Below are positions 35,578 to 38,163 of a DNA stretch of 38,163 nucleotides, in pieces. A model generated the notes under the pieces. It ran no database searches and was not told where the DNA came from. It was given only the letters and a program-made list of their open reading frames with translations. The stretch's first letter is position 1. Each line of letters starts with the position of its first letter. Made by a program: the position numbers and the translations under genes. Where the stretch lies: positions 1 through 38,163 of the forward strand of contig QKGJ01000134.1 of assembly GCA_003251275.1 (NCBI GenBank), given 5' to 3'. The stretch is from Ignavibacteria bacterium. GTDB taxonomy: Bacteria > Bacteroidota > Ignavibacteria > UBA10030 > UBA6906.

Positions 35578-36804
35578 TTACGGCTTTGTCAGAAGTCTGT
35601 CTACCCTTGCACTCAATTCCTTCGCTACAATCTCATAGTGATCCCCTGTCCCCGGTCCGGAAAAGCCGGAATGAATCGAAACGACATTGCCATTTCGATC
35701 AATGAAAATTGTTGTGGGAAAGACTGCGATTCTATTGAGCATCGGCAAGGTCTTGCTCGCCTCTGACTTTACCGAGGTTCCCGCGATCAACAACTGATAC
35801 TCGATTCCAAATTTTTTCCCATAGCGCCTGACCTGTCGCGCTGCCGGCTCAAAATCGGGATACCGCTCATACATCAATCCGATAATTTCCAACCCCTGCG
35901 CGTGCTTTTCCCGATATATCTGAGAAAGAAACGCCGCTTCATCATGACAATTCGGGCACCAACTTCCCGCTAACACGACCAGCAGCGGTTTTCCCCGATA
36001 ACGCTCGTCCTTCAACGATACCATTTTGCCATCAACATCGGGAAAGGAAAAGTCAAACGTCTCTCCTTCGTAGAGAAACGTTTGATCCTCTGCCCCCGGA
36101 AGCGAGGCGTTCTCGTCGCGAACAGCTTCCCATGATTCATGCCATGCAGTTCCTGACCAGTAGTCTCCACGTAATGATCCGTCAGCCAGCAATCGGGCAT
36201 GAAACAAAAAAGCGTGTCCCCCGTCGAACGTTGAGAGATACATAGCGCTGTCACGAATGTCCCCGGAGAGATACCGATAATCTCCGGTCGGAGTTAGAAA
36301 GGTACCTCGTGCCTTGCCTCCATCCTGCCGGAACTCACCGAGAGCGCGTGTTTCGTCGCCATCATCGGTTCGAAAAACAACAGCCCATCTCCCACTAAAC
36401 ATATCAGGAGATATTTGAGGTGAGGGGAAAAACAGGTATTCGCTCCCACGCCTTGCTTCAAATGGAATCACCTGGGGTATTCCACCACTCTTGATCATCG
36501 TCAGTGAACCCGAGAAGGCCGAATCAGAAGCGCGCACGCGAATAGTTGAATTGAAAGAGGTGAGATCCAGAATAAGGCTGTCGTTCTCGAATCGCATCTC
36601 CTCGAAGAGGACCGATTCCTCGTCGTTCCTGATGGTCGCAACACCATTCGTGAATCTCAGGATGAATGGAAGTTCGCCACCGGGAAGATTTAGAACAGCG
36701 CGCCATACTCCGTCCGGCTGCTTGCGGGATGAACGCTGACAACCGGAAACCATGAGGAGAACCAGTACGATGAATAATGTCTGTGTGCGTTGAACAACAC
36801 TCAT
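35578..36804 (-). CDS. TlpA-family thiol-disulfide oxidoreductase lipoprotein
   Basis: Lipobox VSGC; beta-rich N-domain TPTGDYRYL, FDGGHAFLF; GSWCPNC; FPTTIFID. Confidence 0.87.
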   Translation of the reverse strand: MSVVQRTQTLFIVLVLLMVSGCQRSSRKQPDGVWRAVLNLPGGELPFILRFTNGVATIRNDEESVLFEEMRFENDSLILDLTSFNSTIRVRASDSAFSGSLTMIKSGGIPQVIPFEARRGSEYLFFPSPQISPDMFSGRWAVVFRTDDGDETRALGEFRQDGGKARGTFLTPTGDYRYLSGDIRDSAMYLSTFDGGHAFLFHARLLADGSLRGDYWSGTAWHESWEAVRDENASLPGAEDQTFLYEGETFDFSFPDVDGKMVSLKDERYRGKPLLVVLAGSWCPNCHDEAAFLSQIYREKHAQGLEIIGLMYERYPDFEPAARQVRRYGKKFGIEYQLLIAGTSVKSEASKTLPMLNRIAVFPTTIFIDRNGNVVSIHSGFSGPGTGDHYEIVAKELSARVDRLLTKP

Positions 36805-37190
36805 GATTGTCTCTTTCGAAGAATGCGAACTGCCAGGTATGCCATCCAGCTGAGGACGGGCACAAGTCCCACTACTTCACGTACTTTTTCCAGCCCCGGA
36901 TTTGTCAATTGAAAAGCGTGAAGTGTATTGAGCGAATTTCTTCGACCAGAAAGAAATGGATAAAGCGTCGCCGCCCAAACAAGTGCCACCAGACCGACAG
37001 ATGCCGGTACCGGCCACGTCAACGTGCCCCGGAAAGCTAGGAAGCAAGCAATCGAGGCCAGGAGATACATGGTAATCCACTGAAGCGAGTTTGGGCTATT
37101 GATCTGGAGTGCAGCAGCAAGAAGGAACACCATGGACATGGCAAAGTTTGTTCGGCGAAAAGCGGGAGAGGTCGGTGCGCCTTCATTCAC
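36801..37190 (-). CDS. Transmembrane-220-like small membrane protein
   Basis: AALQINSPNSLQWITMY (cf. QxNDPD..W...Y) and E..RE..GL motifs; probable GTG start at 37190 with GAGG SD; ATGA overlap with the TlpA start. Confidence 0.65.
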   Translation of the reverse strand: MNEGAPTSPAFRRTNFAMSMVFLLAAALQINSPNSLQWITMYLLASIACFLAFRGTLTWPVPASVGLVALVWAATLYPFLSGRRNSLNTLHAFQLTNPGLEKVREVVGLVPVLSWMAYLAVRILRKRQS

Positions 37191-37198
37191 GTGGGGCC

Positions 37199-38163
37199 TC
37201 AACGATGAAATCCACGAGTCACCGGTTGAATCCACGCTTTTTCGAATTCTCCCACTCTGTATGGATTCACCTTCCTTCTGTCCGATTGGACAACGGCACG
37301 GACGTAGAGTTCGGTTCCGTCCATCTCGTACGAGGCCTGCTCCCCTTCTTCCACTTTCAGCACAATGCCTACCGTCAACCCCTTTCCCTTACGAGTTCCG
37401 ATGAATTTCGTTATGTAGTGAGCCGACGAGTCTGCCGCAACGGAAAGCGATAATCGCTTTCCGTCGAAAGTGATGCTCTTCAGAGCAACCCCCGACGAAG
37501 CATAAAAACTTCCTCGCTGCATTGCGGCGATAATCGATCCACTCGAGAGAGAATCGCTCTCGATCACAACCCATCCCCTCCCGGGATTGCTTCGTTGAGT
37601 ATTCATTGCATGATAGTGATGGGCGTCGTCCACTGCAAGGCCGTACAGTATCTCGCCATGCGAGCGCAGTCTAAACGAAAGAATCATATCCCACATCTCT
37701 TCCGTGCTCACATGAACACTGTCTCCTTCATTATGGACAAGAGGATGACCGTTGTAGATCTCAAAAAAGCGTTCGCCCTCGAGCCTTGAAATGTCATCCG
37801 CCGTAACGGCATACTGATAGTTGGGATGATTGATATGGGGAAACATCGGTTGCTCGGTCTTTTCCCGCTGTTCCAGCACCGCGCGGACATTCCGTTGCAT
37901 AACGTCAAAGACCGATGTACCTCCCTGTGGTGCGATATACTCCTTCACATTTGTCGCGTTCACGTGAACGGGTTTCTTTTCGAAATTGTCAGTTATCTCC
38001 TCAGATTGTATGAGGAGGAACGATGAAGGAACTTCAAACAAATGGCGATACTCATCAAGACGACGCAATCGGATTTCTGTTGTGTGGCCACTCTCTCGCT
38101 GCACAACCCATTGAGGGCCAAAGCGCTTTTGATAGTTCTGTGCCGCTTGCTGCAACGTTTCGT
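37199..38163 (-). CDS. PHP-fold metallohydrolase (5'-truncated by window)
   Basis: EEIT...HVN, HINHP, EIYNG, W...L, AVDDAH, G.FYASSG motifs; frame open to the window edge. Confidence 0.8.
   Translation of the reverse strand, partial: ETLQQAAQNYQKRFGPQWVVQRESGHTTEIRLRRLDEYRHLFEVPSSFLLIQSEEITDNFEKKPVHVNATNVKEYIAPQGGTSVFDVMQRNVRAVLEQREKTEQPMFPHINHPNYQYAVTADDISRLEGERFFEIYNGHPLVHNEGDSVHVSTEEMWDMILSFRLRSHGEILYGLAVDDAHHYHAMNTQRSNPGRGWVVIESDSLSSGSIIAAMQRGSFYASSGVALKSITFDGKRLSLSVAADSSAHYITKFIGTRKGKGLTVGIVLKVEEGEQASYEMDGTELYVRAVVQSDRRKVNPYRVGEFEKAWIQPVTRGFHR

Noticed and set aside
204-38026. Numerous 60-214 aa antisense or alternate-frame ORFs in the track
   Set aside because: They overlap well-supported genes, lack motifs and are expected shadows at this GC content.
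1-38163. CRISPR arrays, tRNA/rRNA, IS elements, in-frame Sec/recoding
   Set aside because: No regularly spaced repeats, cloverleafs, transposase motifs or broken reading frames seen by eye; redox motifs use ordinary Cys.

Overview
Gene-dense bacterial chromosomal segment (roughly 50-53% GC by eye). Two proteins carry QN(Y/F)PNPFNP-type T9SS sorting domains and the promoters are sigma70-like (TTGACA-17-TAnnnT), which suggests an Ignavibacteria/Chlorobi-like member of the FCB group (inference). In order: TerC; a partial kynurenine-pathway operon (TDO, atypical SDR, aminomuconate-semialdehyde dehydrogenase, RidA-type deaminase); a nucleotide-metabolism operon (OM barrel, pyrE, MscS, NUDIX, an uncalled 57-aa Cys-rich microprotein, HAD, pyrimidine-nucleoside phosphorylase); a membrane-anchored 2Fe-2S ferredoxin; two tandem paralogous ~60-aa helical proteins; suhB; an apparently degenerate glycoside-hydrolase lipoprotein; hflX and a BatA/vWA protein; a patatin-POTRA-Omp85 protein; MarC; DUF72, an XRE-S24 repressor and a DNA methyltransferase; DUF1015; two T9SS cargo proteins; a TPR-like protein; TrmH; an uncalled 56-aa membrane microprotein; DsbD, TlpA, TMEM220-like and PHP-fold proteins. 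The most striking element is the DUF72 <- -> XRE/S24 repressor -> orphan m4C methyltransferase module. Its ~125-bp control region holds two mirror-image TTGACA-17-TATCTT promoters and two GACA-N4-TGTC palindromes, and looks like a non-canonical LexA/SOS switch with its own box. No rRNA, tRNA, CRISPR array or transposase was seen. All calls come from motif reading by eye; no database searches were run.
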